This document shows positions 10,378-20,551 of a stretch of 64,000 nt of DNA, piece after piece. The notes under the pieces were generated by a model. That model worked only from the letters and a program-made list of their open reading frames with translations, was not told the origin of the DNA and made no database searches. The DNA is from an uncultured Acidobacteriota bacterium (GTDB lineage: Bacteria; Acidobacteriota; Vicinamibacteria; Vicinamibacterales; 2-12-FULL-66-21), in NCBI GenBank assembly GCA_963740275.1, contig CAVUDT010000007.1, forward strand, positions 124,103-188,102, written 5' to 3'. The position numbers were made by a program, and so were the translations under genes. Within the stretch, counting starts at the first letter, position 1. Every line of letters begins with the position of its first letter.

Positions 10378-10818
10378 TCAGCTCGCCGGCAGCACCGGGT
10401 TCGACACCCAACCCATCTGCTGATACATGGTCAGGAAGTCGAACACGTTCCAGCCTTCGATCACCACGCCATCGCGGACGCGAAGGATCACCATCCCGTA
10501 GAAGTCGACCGGCCGGTTGGTCGGCTCGCCGCCGAGTGCGCGGCCGCCGTGCCGTCCGGTGACGCGACAGTACGCGGTGCACAGCTCACCGTCGACCGTC
10601 GTCCGCTCGACCGTCACGCGCAAATCGGGGAACGCCTCGCGGAAGGTGTGAAACAGCGGCTTGAAGGCCGCCGGCCCCACCATCGGCGGGCCGTCGTGAC
10701 CGGTCAGGCCGAAGACCTTGGACGTGGGAGTTATCAGGCGATCGATCGTCTCTTCGCGTCCTTGATTCCACACTTCTTCGAACCACTCGCGGGTCACCGC
10801 ATCGGGGGTCGGCGTCAT
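10378..10818 (-). CDS. SnoaL-like ester cyclase
   Basis: WFEEVWNQG; FREAFPDLRVTVE; GRHGG..LG..PTNRPVDFYG; SD GAGGAGG. Confidence 0.85.
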   Translation of the reverse strand: MTPTPDAVTREWFEEVWNQGREETIDRLITPTSKVFGLTGHDGPPMVGPAAFKPLFHTFREAFPDLRVTVERTTVDGELCTAYCRVTGRHGGRALGGEPTNRPVDFYGMVILRVRDGVVIEGWNVFDFLTMYQQMGWVSNPVLPAS

Positions 10819-10922
10819 GCTGCCTCCTCAGGCACCTGGATGAAGTCGGAATATACGCCGTCGGTGCGGGAGTGACCAGCAAATTAGTCGCGCCACCCGG
10901 TGCCGGCGGATATGCTCTTCAC

Positions 10923-13127
10923 GTGCGTTACTTCGCCCTGATCACCCTCCTGCTCTCACCGCTTCTGGTCGCTCAGTCTCCAACACCCGCGGGGTTCGCG
11001 GGGAGCTCGGTGGAGGCGCAGGCACGGGCGGAAAAAACCTTCGTCGACACCGTGACACCCGCCTCGGCCCGGCGGTGGCTGGCGGCGCTCACCGAAGAAC
11101 CTCACGTCGCCGGCACGCCCGCGGAAAAGAAGGTCGCCGACTACGTGCTCGCACGCTTCAAGGAGTTCGGCCTGAACGCCGAGCTGGTGCACTACGACGT
11201 TTTCCTCAATCACCCGAAACAGGTTTCGCTGAAGCTGCTATCACCGGTTGAAGAAGAGCTGAAGCTCCGCGAGGATCCCTACGAGGTCGACAAGGACTCG
11301 ACCAGCGAGGGTATGTTCCCGGCGTTCCACGGCTACGGCGCGTCGGGGCGGGTCGAAGGGCAGGTCGTCTACGTGAACTACGGATCGCCGGCCGACTTCG
11401 CGCGCCTGGCGGCGCTGGGCATCTCGGTCGAAGGCAAGATCGCGCTGGTTCGCTACGGCGGCGCCTTCCGCGGGCTGAAGGTCAAGGAGGCGCAGGACCA
11501 CGGCGCGCTCGGCGCGCTCATCTACTCCGATCCGCGCGACGACGGCTACATGGCGGGCGAGGCGTATCCCGACGGGCCGATGCGCCCTCCGTCCGCGATT
11601 CAGCGGGGATCGGTGCTCTTCCTCTCGCACATGCCGGGCGATCCATCGACCCCGGGCTGGCCCTCGACCGCCGGGGCGAAGCGCGTGGCCCGCGCGCAGA
11701 TGGTCAACGTCCCGAAGATTCCCTCGCTGCCGATCGCCTATGCCGAAGCCGAGAAGATCCTCCGCCGGCTCGGCGGGCCGGTCGTGCCGGCCGAGTGGCA
11801 GGGCGGGCTGTCGTTCACCTACCACATCGGTCCCGGCGCCGCGCGCGTAGCGATGGACGTGCAGATGGACGAAGGGCTCAAGCCGATCTACAACGTCATC
11901 GCCACCATCCCGGGGAGCGTCGAACCCGACAAGAAGATTATCCTCGGCAACCATCGAGACGCCTGGACGCACGGCGCGGTCGATCCCAACTCCGGGACGG
12001 CGGCGCAGATCGAAGTCGCACGCGCGCTGGCGGCGGCGATGAAGACCGGCTGGCGGCCGAGGCGCACCATCGTCCTGGCGAGCTGGGACGCGGAAGAGTA
12101 CGGCCTCGTCGGCTCCACCGAATGGGCGGAAGAGCATGCCGCCGACCTGCAGAAGAATGCGATCGCGTACCTCAATGGCGACGCGGTCGTCACCGGGCCG
12201 GACCTCAACATGAGCGGCACGCCGTCGCTGCTGGCCGTCGCCATGGAGGTGGCTCGCGACGTTCCGGAGCCGCGGCGTGGCGGATCGATCGCCGCCGGAT
12301 GGGAGTCGCGTCAGCGCACCACCTGGGCGCAGCAGGCGCCGGTCGACATCAACGCCAGAGAGGACGCGAAGTTCTTCGCCCGCCTGGCCCCGCTCGGGTC
12401 AGGCTCCGACTACACGGTCTTCCTCGATCACCTGGGCGTTCCCTCGTTCGACTTCGGCTTCTCCGGCGGTTACGGCGTCTACCACTCCGTCTACGACAAT
12501 TTCCGATGGATGGAGAAGTACGGCGATCCGGAATTCCTCTATCACGCCACCGCCGCCAGGCTGTGGGGCGTGATGGCGATGCGCCTGGCCAATGCCGACG
12601 TCGTGCCGCTGCGGTATGCGACCTACGCGCGGGACCTGCAGCTGGATATGGACAACCTGCGACGCGACGTCATCCGTCGCTCCCGCGCGCCGGTGGCGGA
12701 GGGGAGCGATGCGAAACCGTCCATCACACCGGACTTCGCGCCGATCCAGGCGGGGCTCGAGGCCCTTCGCGTCGCCGGGGACGCTGCGGACCGCGCCGCC
12801 GACGCGGCGGTCAAGAGCGGCGATGCGGCCGCGATCCGCCGGGTGAACGAGGTGCTCAGCTCCGTCGAGCGCGCCCTGCTCGACCCGAAAGGCCTTCCCG
12901 GGCGGCCGTGGTTCCGCCACATGCTGATCGGACCGGGGCTCACGACCGGCTACGCGCCGTGGCCGTTCCCGGCGTTGCAGGAAGCCATGGACAACAAGGA
13001 TGCGGCGATGTTCGCCGCCGAGGCCGGCCGGGTGGTCGCCGCCCTCGCGGCCGCCACGGAGCGGCTCCGCTCGCTGACGAAAACTGAATCGGCCGGCTTT
13101 CAGTCTGATCGCACCCGTCCTCGATGA
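10923..13127 (+). CDS. M28 family peptidase (glutamate carboxypeptidase II/transferrin-receptor-like, PA domain)
   Basis: Signal peptide; PHVAGT; YVNYG; GNHRDAW; GAVDPNSGTA; SWDAEEYGLVGSTEWAE; GSGSDY; YHSVYD; GLPGRPWFRH. Confidence 0.92.
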   Translation: MRYFALITLLLSPLLVAQSPTPAGFAGSSVEAQARAEKTFVDTVTPASARRWLAALTEEPHVAGTPAEKKVADYVLARFKEFGLNAELVHYDVFLNHPKQVSLKLLSPVEEELKLREDPYEVDKDSTSEGMFPAFHGYGASGRVEGQVVYVNYGSPADFARLAALGISVEGKIALVRYGGAFRGLKVKEAQDHGALGALIYSDPRDDGYMAGEAYPDGPMRPPSAIQRGSVLFLSHMPGDPSTPGWPSTAGAKRVARAQMVNVPKIPSLPIAYAEAEKILRRLGGPVVPAEWQGGLSFTYHIGPGAARVAMDVQMDEGLKPIYNVIATIPGSVEPDKKIILGNHRDAWTHGAVDPNSGTAAQIEVARALAAAMKTGWRPRRTIVLASWDAEEYGLVGSTEWAEEHAADLQKNAIAYLNGDAVVTGPDLNMSGTPSLLAVAMEVARDVPEPRRGGSIAAGWESRQRTTWAQQAPVDINAREDAKFFARLAPLGSGSDYTVFLDHLGVPSFDFGFSGGYGVYHSVYDNFRWMEKYGDPEFLYHATAARLWGVMAMRLANADVVPLRYATYARDLQLDMDNLRRDVIRRSRAPVAEGSDAKPSITPDFAPIQAGLEALRVAGDAADRAADAAVKSGDAAAIRRVNEVLSSVERALLDPKGLPGRPWFRHMLIGPGLTTGYAPWPFPALQEAMDNKDAAMFAAEAGRVVAALAAATERLRSLTKTESAGFQSDRTRPR

Positions 13128-13150
13128 ACCGCTAACATCGGCAAAACCTT

Positions 13151-13212
13151 CACCGCAGTGGTCGCAGAGCAACGCAGAGGACTCTTCAAGTTATTCTCTG
13201 CGCCCTCGGCGA
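13151..13212. repeat. REP-like palindrome (CGCAGAG family) between convergent genes
   Basis: CACCGCAGTGGTCGCAGAGCAACGCAGAG ... CTCTGCGCCCTCGGCGA. Confidence 0.6.
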
Positions 13213-13274
13213 ATCGGCCGCCGCATCACTTCTTGGTAATCGTCACCGGAGCGGTGCCTGTCCCCGATCAAAAT

Positions 13275-14447
13275 TCATCCGATCACCGTGAACCTGGACA
13301 GCGCGTCTTCCTTGATCGTCAACCCGAGGCCCGGCAGGTCGTCCCGCAGGTCGATCGAGCCGGCGGCGGGGGTGGGCTCGCCGTCGAAGATGTACCAGAA
13401 CAGCTCGTTGCCGACCTCGACGTCCACCGGCGGGAAGTACTCGGCTATCGGCGAGTTGAGGCTGGCCATCACGAGGTGGTAGTTGTGCATCTGGCCGGCG
13501 TGCGGCACCACCGGCACCGAGAAGGACTCGGCGAGTGCGGCGATCTTGCGCGCCTGGGTGATCCCGCCGACGCGGTTGGTGTCGAACTGGACGTAGTCGA
13601 GCGCCCTGGCCTCGAGCAGGTCGCGGAACTCGTAGACGGTGAAGCCGTGCTCCCCGCCGGCGATCGGGATCCGCCCCATCGCTTTGAGCGCCTGGTAACC
13701 GCCCGCATCGTCCGGGATGACCGCTTCCTCCAGCCAGCGGAGGTTGAACGGTTCGAGCAGCGGGATCATCCGGCGCGCATAGTCCAGCGTCCAGCCCATG
13801 TAAGCGTCGGCCATGATGTCGACCTCGTCACCGACCGTGTCGCGGACGGTGCGCACGAGCTCGACGTTGCGCTGCATACCGGCCGCGCCGTCGGTCGGCC
13901 CCCAGCCGAACCGCAGTTTCATGGCGGTGTATCCCTCGGCCTTGTACTTCGCCGCCTCCGCCGCCAGGGTGTCGAGCGGCTGGCTGTACAGGCGGCTCGC
14001 GTAGACCGGGATGCGCGGCTTGGTGCGCCCGCCGAGCAGCCGGAACACCGGCTGCCCGGCTGACTTGCCGAGCAGGTCCCAGAGCGCGATGTCGACCGCG
14101 CTGATCGCGACCATCCCGACCCCCTTGCGGCCGAACGCCATGGTGCGGCGGTACATGTGCTGCCACAGGAACTCGGTGTCCCAGGGGTCAGCGCCGATGA
14201 GCAGCGGTTTGAGATAGAGGTCGATTGCCTGCTTGGTCAACCGCGGCGCCAGCGCCGCGTTGCCGATGCCCACGTGGCCGCTGTCGGTGAACACTTCGAC
14301 GATCAGCCAGCCGTGGAAGCGGAAGCCGGCCATGGAATCGGCCGGCAGCGACAGCAAGTCCATCGCGTTCGTGCAGAAGTGGGGTTGCGGCGGGACGGTC
14401 GGTCCCTGCCACTCGACCACGCGGGTGCGAACGTCAGTGATCTTCAT
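13275..14447 (-). CDS. Enolase-superfamily (mandelate racemase subgroup) acid-sugar dehydratase, L-rhamnonate-dehydratase-like
   Basis: AISAVDIALWDL; KLR; IMADAYMGW; WLEEAV; AGGEH; QFDTNRVGGIT; VPHAG; PGLG. Confidence 0.85.
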   Translation of the reverse strand: MKITDVRTRVVEWQGPTVPPQPHFCTNAMDLLSLPADSMAGFRFHGWLIVEVFTDSGHVGIGNAALAPRLTKQAIDLYLKPLLIGADPWDTEFLWQHMYRRTMAFGRKGVGMVAISAVDIALWDLLGKSAGQPVFRLLGGRTKPRIPVYASRLYSQPLDTLAAEAAKYKAEGYTAMKLRFGWGPTDGAAGMQRNVELVRTVRDTVGDEVDIMADAYMGWTLDYARRMIPLLEPFNLRWLEEAVIPDDAGGYQALKAMGRIPIAGGEHGFTVYEFRDLLEARALDYVQFDTNRVGGITQARKIAALAESFSVPVVPHAGQMHNYHLVMASLNSPIAEYFPPVDVEVGNELFWYIFDGEPTPAAGSIDLRDDLPGLGLTIKEDALSRFTVIG

Positions 14448-14509
14448 GATGCGGATGTCAACGATGTCATGGTTGGACAGAATGATAGTGTGAGTGCGAG
14501 GTGTTGAAT

Positions 14510-15415
14510 ATGACTAGCGTGGCGGTCCTGGGTTTGGGGGTGATGGGTGGCGGCATGGCGCGCCGGCTCGCGGGCGCCGGATTTCCGCTGACGGTCTGGA
14601 ACCGCAGTCCCGAGCGGGCGCAGGCGCTCGAAGCCGAGGGGGCGGTGCGCGCGGCTACCCCACGCGAGGCCGCCGCCGGCGCGGACGTCATTCTCAGCAT
14701 GGTGGCGGATGACGACGCGTCGCGGGCGGTGTGGATCGGGCCCGACGGCGCACTGGCGGCGGCCCGCCCCGGCGCACTCCTGATCGAGTCGAGCACGCTC
14801 TCGCCTGCCTGGACCGAGCGACTCGCAGAGACCGCGATCGAGCGGGGCTGCCGCTTCCTCGAAGCGCCGGTCACGGGCAGCCGGGTGCAGGCGGCCGGTG
14901 GAGAGCTGCTGTTCCTGGCCGGCGGGGACGCTGCGACCGTCGAGGCCGCCCGCCCGCTGCTTGCCGTGCTCGGCCGCGATGTCGTCCACCTGGGTCCGGT
15001 CGGCAGCGGCGCCCGCATGAAGCTGATCAACAATTTTGTTTGCGGCGTGCAGGCGTCCGCGCTCGCCGAGGCGCTGGTCCTGATCGAACGCTGCGGCCTT
15101 TCGAAAGAGGCGGCGCTCGGCATCCTGCTCAACGGCGCACCCGGGAGCCCGCTGGTGAAGACGGTCGCGCCGCGCATGGCGACCCCCGACTACACCGTGT
15201 TTTTCGTGCTTGCGCTGATGCGGAAGGACCTCGCCTACGCCATCGCCGAAGGAGAGGCGAACGGCGTGCCGCTCACCACAGCCGTCGCGGCGCGACGCCT
15301 GTTCGAGGCAGCACAGAACGGCGGATGGGGGCAGGTCGATTTCGCTGCGGTGATCGAAGCGGTTCGCGCCGCCTCCACGAACCCGGTGCCTCAGCCGCCC
15401 GACCCCGGGCGCTAG
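14510..15415 (+). CDS. NAD(P)-dependent beta-hydroxyacid dehydrogenase (3-hydroxyisobutyrate/tartronate semialdehyde reductase family)
   Basis: GLGVMGGGMA; WNRS; ESSTLSP; FLEAPVTGS; GSGARMKLINN; KDL. Confidence 0.88.
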   Translation: MTSVAVLGLGVMGGGMARRLAGAGFPLTVWNRSPERAQALEAEGAVRAATPREAAAGADVILSMVADDDASRAVWIGPDGALAAARPGALLIESSTLSPAWTERLAETAIERGCRFLEAPVTGSRVQAAGGELLFLAGGDAATVEAARPLLAVLGRDVVHLGPVGSGARMKLINNFVCGVQASALAEALVLIERCGLSKEAALGILLNGAPGSPLVKTVAPRMATPDYTVFFVLALMRKDLAYAIAEGEANGVPLTTAVAARRLFEAAQNGGWGQVDFAAVIEAVRAASTNPVPQPPDPGR

Positions 15416-15532
15416 TCGCCCCGCCGGCGTGGCCGGCTCGAGCGAGACCACCCCTTCCCTCACCTCTGGTCACCAGCTCCTCTGGCCGTCCGGCCGGTCG
15501 TGCGGTGGATCAACAACGGCTTGATCGGCATA

Positions 15533-15595
15533 TCATAATACTGTATTAAGAAGCCAACCTTCGTCATACTGTACTAAGAGAAGCCGACCTTCGTC
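15533..15595 (+). promoter_or_regulatory. Duplicated putative FadR/GntR operator upstream of the TBDR operon
   Basis: Perfect palindrome TAATAC-T-GTATTA (15536-15548); direct repeat ATACTGTATTAAGAAGCCAACCTTCGTC (15538-15565) / ATACTGTACTAAGAGAAGCCGACCTTCGTC (15566-15595); AT-rich patch in GC-rich DNA. Confidence 0.6.
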
Positions 15596-15627
15596 CCATC
15601 AGCCCGCATCCACACAGGAGGATCGCC

Positions 15628-18600
15628 ATGCTCCGCGCCGCCGCTCGCCTCCGGTCAACACTGGTTCGCTGCTGCTTCCTCAGCCTGGTCCTCTGGCCCG
15701 CCGCAGCCGCCGGCCAGCAGCAGCTCGCCACGATCCAGGGCACCATCACCGACCAGACCGGCGCCGTCGTCCCCGGTGTGACCGTCACGGCGACCGGCCT
15801 GGACACCGGCGTCGCCAGAACCGCGATCTCCAACCAGGCGGGGGTCTACCGGTTGCCAAGCCTCGAGCCGGGACGTTACCGCGTGTCGGCCGAGTTGACC
15901 GGGTTCAACCGCGCGATCCGTGACAACGTGACCCTCGAAGTCGGCACCACTGTCGGCCTGCCGTTCGTCCTGCAGGCCGGCCAGGTGTCGGAGGAAGTCG
16001 AGGTTCGCGGAGCGGCGACCCTGGTGCAGACCGAGCGGGCCGACATCTCCTCGGTCGTCGAACGCAAACGGATCGAAAGCCTGCCGCTGGTCAGCCGGAA
16101 CCCGCTGGCGTTGACCGCGTTGACGCCTGGTGTCACCGGGATCCCGACGCGAAACGACTTCCTGCAGCCGGAGCAGGGTCTTGGCATCAGCGCGAGCGGC
16201 ATGCGCAGCGGCGCCAACAGCGCCTACATCGATGGCATGAGCATCAACGCCAATCCGCACGCGGGCACGGTACTGATCGTACCGAACGTCGAGGCCGTGC
16301 AGGAGTTCCAGGTCATCACCAACAATCCGTCGGCTGAGCACGGGCGCAACATCGGCGCTTCCGTGAACCTGGTGACCCGCCGCGGCACCAACCAGTTCAG
16401 CGGCTCGGTCTTCCAGTTCTACCGGAACGAGGCACTTCGGTCGAACAACGTCTTCGAAAAGGAGGCGGCAAACTTCCAGAAGCCGGACTTCAAGCGCAAT
16501 AACTTCGGCTTCAGCATCGGCGGTCCGGTGCGGCGCGACCATGCGTTCTTCTTCGGGTCGTACGAAGGGCTTCGCGAACAGACGGCCAGCGGGCAGTTGT
16601 ACACGGTGGAAACCGAGCAGTTCCGGGACTTCGTCCTGCAGACGCGTCCCAACTCCATCGCCGCGCAGCTGCTGCGGGAATTCCATCCCCGCGCGTATCC
16701 CACAACCGGGTTACGGGACCTTGGCAGCCCTGCACCCGGCGCCAATGTGTTCAGTGCGGTGCCCGACGGCATTCCGGATGTCGGCACCATCAACCTGGCG
16801 ATTCCCAGCCCCCGGGACGGGGATCAATTCAACGGCCGATACGACCAGGTGTTTCGCGGTGGCAAGGACCATCTGCGGTCCACCTACTACCTGTCGAACA
16901 TCTCGACCTGGTTCAACGATCTGCGCGAGACCTTCGACCGTCCGTATCCCCATCGGCTCCAGCTCTATACCGTCGCCCACTCACGCGTGATTTCGGATCA
17001 CACCCTGAATGAGCTGGCCTTCGGCTATGTCCGGATGCACGGTGAAGCGTCGGATCCAACCCCGCAGGTACCCACGATTACGATCACCGGCCTTCAGGCC
17101 GGTTTCGGGATCCTCAACTGGCAACCGATCGGATTCACGCAGAACTACTTCCAGATCAAGGACTCGCTGACGGCGACGAGAGGCCGGCACAGCCTCCGCC
17201 TCGGCGGCGAAGCGCGCGTGACGATGCAGTACCAGGATTTCCACCATTTCGAGCGTCCGAACTACGATTTCTCGAACCTTCTGGATTTCGCTGACGATGA
17301 ACCCTTCACCGAAACCCGCGGCGTCGATCCGAGCACGGGTCTGTCGCGCAGCACCGAAAACCGCTACCTCCAGACCGACTTCGCGGCGTTCCTCCAGGAC
17401 AACTGGAAGATTCGACCCAACCTGACCGCCAACCTCGGGCTCCGCTACGAGGTGTTCACGGCCCCGACACTGGCCGACCGGCCGTTCAATGCCATTCTTC
17501 TCGGACCCGGCGCGACCCGCCAGGAACAGGTGGCCAACGCCCGCAACGGCGCCGTCGACAGCCTGTATTCGACCGACTGGAACAACCTGGCGCCGCGTCT
17601 GGGCCTCACCTGGGATCCGACGAACAGCGGCACGATGGTCTTCCGGGGGGGCGCAGGCGTTTCCTACAATCGGATCAACAACACGGTCTGGACCGGCGAA
17701 TGGCAGAATCCACCGCACTTTGCCCAGGCATCGACACGCGCGGGAGATGCCATACCGATCGTCTACACCATGGGACCGGACTATCCGGAGAACCCAGGGC
17801 TCGGAAAGGGACTCGACGAGCGCGGTGGTCTTGTGGGGGCGCGGATCACGTTGACGGCGCTCGACCCTGATGTCGAAACGCCCTACGCCTACAACTGGTT
17901 CGCTGGCGTACAGCGACAGCTGCCGTGGAATTTCGTCGTCGATGTGAGCTACATCGGTACGGAAGGGCGCAACCTGATGAGCGTGGACGCCGGCGGTGGC
18001 GAAAACTACAACCGGTTCACCGGAGACCTGCTGGTGGGCGGTCTGGACCGCCTGAACCCCAGCTTTGCCTCGGTCAATCTCAACGAGAGCCGCATCTCGT
18101 CACACTATGACGGCCTGACGCTGGAACTGCGACGGCGCTACGAGCGGGGTTTCGCTTTCCAAGCCTCCTACACGCTGGGTAAAGCCACCGATACGGCGGG
18201 CGTGTGGGTGGACCTCAATCGCCGGGATCTGGAGGAGGGCCTTGCCGGGCACGACGTCCGGCATCGGCTGGCGATCAACTGGGTGATCGAGCTACCCGAC
18301 AATCTCGGTGGCCCTGTTCTGAAGTATGTGATCGGCGGCTGGCAGATCAGCACGATCACCGTATGGCAGACCGGATCACCGTTCGACGTCACCACGAGCG
18401 CCAACTACCCCAACGGCGACTACAATGCCGATGGCCAGAACAACGATCGCCCGAACCTCCCGAGCTTTGGCACCGACCTGGGCAGCCCTTCGCAGGAGGA
18501 ATGGCGGTCCGGCGTGTTCACCGCGGCTGATTTCCCGAAGCCCGCGCCCGGTACCGTCGGAAACCTGCCGCGCAATGGCTACACAGGGCCTGGCTATCTG

Positions 18601-18807
18601 AACACGGACTTGTCGCTGGTCAAGCGGTTCGCCATCCCGGCAATCGGTTCCGATGCCGGCCTGCAGCTGCGCCTGGAAGCGTACAATCTGTTCGACACGA
18701 TCAATCTGAACAATCCGGTGACTAACCTCACCAACATCAATTTCGGGCGGGTCACGTCCGCCAGACCGAGCCGCGAGATCCAGGTGGGTGTGAGGTTTAC
18801 GTTCTAA
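15628..18807 (+). CDS. TonB-dependent receptor (Oar-like, N-terminal carboxypeptidase-regulatory-like domain)
   Basis: SD AGGAGG; GTITDQTGAVVPGVTV; EAVQEFQV; FGFSIGGP; QDNWKI..NLTANLGLRYE; DWNNLAPRLG; C-terminal QVGVRFTF. Confidence 0.93.
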   Translation: MLRAAARLRSTLVRCCFLSLVLWPAAAAGQQQLATIQGTITDQTGAVVPGVTVTATGLDTGVARTAISNQAGVYRLPSLEPGRYRVSAELTGFNRAIRDNVTLEVGTTVGLPFVLQAGQVSEEVEVRGAATLVQTERADISSVVERKRIESLPLVSRNPLALTALTPGVTGIPTRNDFLQPEQGLGISASGMRSGANSAYIDGMSINANPHAGTVLIVPNVEAVQEFQVITNNPSAEHGRNIGASVNLVTRRGTNQFSGSVFQFYRNEALRSNNVFEKEAANFQKPDFKRNNFGFSIGGPVRRDHAFFFGSYEGLREQTASGQLYTVETEQFRDFVLQTRPNSIAAQLLREFHPRAYPTTGLRDLGSPAPGANVFSAVPDGIPDVGTINLAIPSPRDGDQFNGRYDQVFRGGKDHLRSTYYLSNISTWFNDLRETFDRPYPHRLQLYTVAHSRVISDHTLNELAFGYVRMHGEASDPTPQVPTITITGLQAGFGILNWQPIGFTQNYFQIKDSLTATRGRHSLRLGGEARVTMQYQDFHHFERPNYDFSNLLDFADDEPFTETRGVDPSTGLSRSTENRYLQTDFAAFLQDNWKIRPNLTANLGLRYEVFTAPTLADRPFNAILLGPGATRQEQVANARNGAVDSLYSTDWNNLAPRLGLTWDPTNSGTMVFRGGAGVSYNRINNTVWTGEWQNPPHFAQASTRAGDAIPIVYTMGPDYPENPGLGKGLDERGGLVGARITLTALDPDVETPYAYNWFAGVQRQLPWNFVVDVSYIGTEGRNLMSVDAGGGENYNRFTGDLLVGGLDRLNPSFASVNLNESRISSHYDGLTLELRRRYERGFAFQASYTLGKATDTAGVWVDLNRRDLEEGLAGHDVRHRLAINWVIELPDNLGGPVLKYVIGGWQISTITVWQTGSPFDVTTSANYPNGDYNADGQNNDRPNLPSFGTDLGSPSQEEWRSGVFTAADFPKPAPGTVGNLPRNGYTGPGYLNTDLSLVKRFAIPAIGSDAGLQLRLEAYNLFDTINLNNPVTNLTNINFGRVTSARPSREIQVGVRFTF

Positions 18808-18812
18808 CAGGC

Positions 18813-19592
18813 ATGTCGGAAACCCACTACCCGAGCCGCAATCTGCACGGCCAGATCGTTCACTCGATCGGCCGGCAGATACTGCAGGGTGATCTGCTGC
18901 CCGGCGAACCGATCCCGGCACAGCCGGACCTGCCCGCCAGCCGGACGGCGGTCCGCGAGGCGATCAAGGTCCTGGTGGCGAAGGGGCTGGTCGAAACGCG
19001 GCCGCGTACCGGCACCAGGGTGCGCGCGCGCGAAGCCTGGAACCTGCTCGACCCGGACGTGCTCGCCTGGGGGCACGACGGGTCGACCTCCAAGGAGCTG
19101 CTCCGCAGCATCACCGAGGTCCGCAGCATCGTCGAGCCGGCGGCGGCGGAACTGGCGGCCCGCCGCGCCACACCGGCCGACGTCGCCCAGCTCGAACAGG
19201 CGTTCCAGGCCATGGAAGCGGCCATGCCGGCCAGCGGCCCCGAAGACATCGGCGGGTTCGTGAAGGCCGACACGCGTTTTCACACCGCGATCTTCCGCGC
19301 TGCCGGCAACGATCTCCTCGAGCACATGAGCGCGGCGATCTACACCGCGCTTCGATTCAGCTTCGAAGCCACGAGCCGCATCCCCGGGAGCGCGCGGGCG
19401 TCGCTGCCCCACCACCGGGCAGTCAAGGATGCCATCCGGGGGCGGAAGCCGGCGGCCGCCGCGACCGCGATGCGATCGCTGGTCCGGCGTATCGCCCGCA
19501 AAGTCGACCGGATGCCGAAGGCCGGCGGCCGGGCGACCGCTGGCGCCGGCGCGGCGCCGCGGCTGGCGAAGCGACGCCAGGTGCGCCGATGA
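18813..19592 (+). CDS. FadR/GntR family transcriptional regulator (DgoR-like, FCD domain)
   Basis: SRTAVREAIKVLVAKGLVETRPRTGTRV; WNLLDPDVL; EVRSIVEP; ADTRFH; GNDLL. Confidence 0.92.
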   Translation: MSETHYPSRNLHGQIVHSIGRQILQGDLLPGEPIPAQPDLPASRTAVREAIKVLVAKGLVETRPRTGTRVRAREAWNLLDPDVLAWGHDGSTSKELLRSITEVRSIVEPAAAELAARRATPADVAQLEQAFQAMEAAMPASGPEDIGGFVKADTRFHTAIFRAAGNDLLEHMSAAIYTALRFSFEATSRIPGSARASLPHHRAVKDAIRGRKPAAAATAMRSLVRRIARKVDRMPKAGGRATAGAGAAPRLAKRRQVRR

Positions 19593-19636
19593 CTTTCCCC
19601 AACCGATGACCGACACCCCGGAGGAGATCTCGAGAC

Positions 19637-20551
19637 ATGCCCCGTAGCGCGCGAACCATCCTCGGCACGCTGAAACTTCCTGAAACGGACGCCCACGACC
19701 TTCCCGATTCGCGAAAGCGTTTCTCCGACGGCGGCCAATACCGGATCGAGATCCCGTCGGTCGAAGGGCCGCGCGCGATGGAGGCGGTGCTGTCGGCCGC
19801 CGACGAGCACGAAGTGGCGCTGCACCGGGTGAGCCAGGGCAGCGGGATCATGCTGCAGACGGACCGCGAGATCGAGCGCATGGTGGAGCTCGGGCGTCAG
19901 CGCGGCGTCGAAGTCTGTCTCTTCGTCGGGCCTCGAGCCAACTGGGATACCGGCGTCCAGGCGGCGAGCAGCGGCGGACGGGTCATCGGCTGCTCGCTCC
20001 GCGGCACCGACCAGCTGGTCTACGGCATCGAGGACGTGCTCCACGCCAACAGGCTCGGCATCAAGTCGGTGCTCGTCGCCGACGTCGGCCAGCTGATGGT
20101 GCTCGGCCGCATGAAGACGGCGGGTGACCTGCCGCCCGATTTCGTCCTGAAGATCTCGGTCACCCTGGCGGCCGCCAACCCGGCCACCGCCCGGGTGCTC
20201 GAAGACCTCGGCGCCACCTCGATCAACCTCCCGGTGGACCTGTCGCTGGCGCAGATCGCGGCGATCCGCCGGGCGGTGGATGCGGCGATCGATTTCTATG
20301 TCGAGAGCCCGGACGATCTCGGCGGGGTCGTGCGTCACTACGAGATCCCGGAGCTGGTGCGCGTCGCCGCCCCGATCTATCTGAAGTTCGGCGTGCGCAA
20401 TTCGCCGGGGCTCTACCCGAGCGGCTATCACCTCGAAGCCACGATCCTGGCGCTGTCGCGCGAGCGGGTCCGCCGCGCCGCGATCGGCCTCGGGCTGCTG
20501 CGGCGGTACGCACCGCACGCGGTCGCCTCGCCGACCGGGGTGAGCGTGTGA
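19637..20551 (+). CDS. U32-peptidase-like (probable TIM-barrel) protein of unknown function
   Basis: SD GAGGAG; YRIEIPSVEGP; RVSQGSG; SVLVADVG; NPATARVLEDLGATSIN; DFYVESPDD. GTGA overlap couples it to the aldehyde dehydrogenase. Confidence 0.65.
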   Translation: MPRSARTILGTLKLPETDAHDLPDSRKRFSDGGQYRIEIPSVEGPRAMEAVLSAADEHEVALHRVSQGSGIMLQTDREIERMVELGRQRGVEVCLFVGPRANWDTGVQAASSGGRVIGCSLRGTDQLVYGIEDVLHANRLGIKSVLVADVGQLMVLGRMKTAGDLPPDFVLKISVTLAAANPATARVLEDLGATSINLPVDLSLAQIAAIRRAVDAAIDFYVESPDDLGGVVRHYEIPELVRVAAPIYLKFGVRNSPGLYPSGYHLEATILALSRERVRRAAIGLGLLRRYAPHAVASPTGVSV

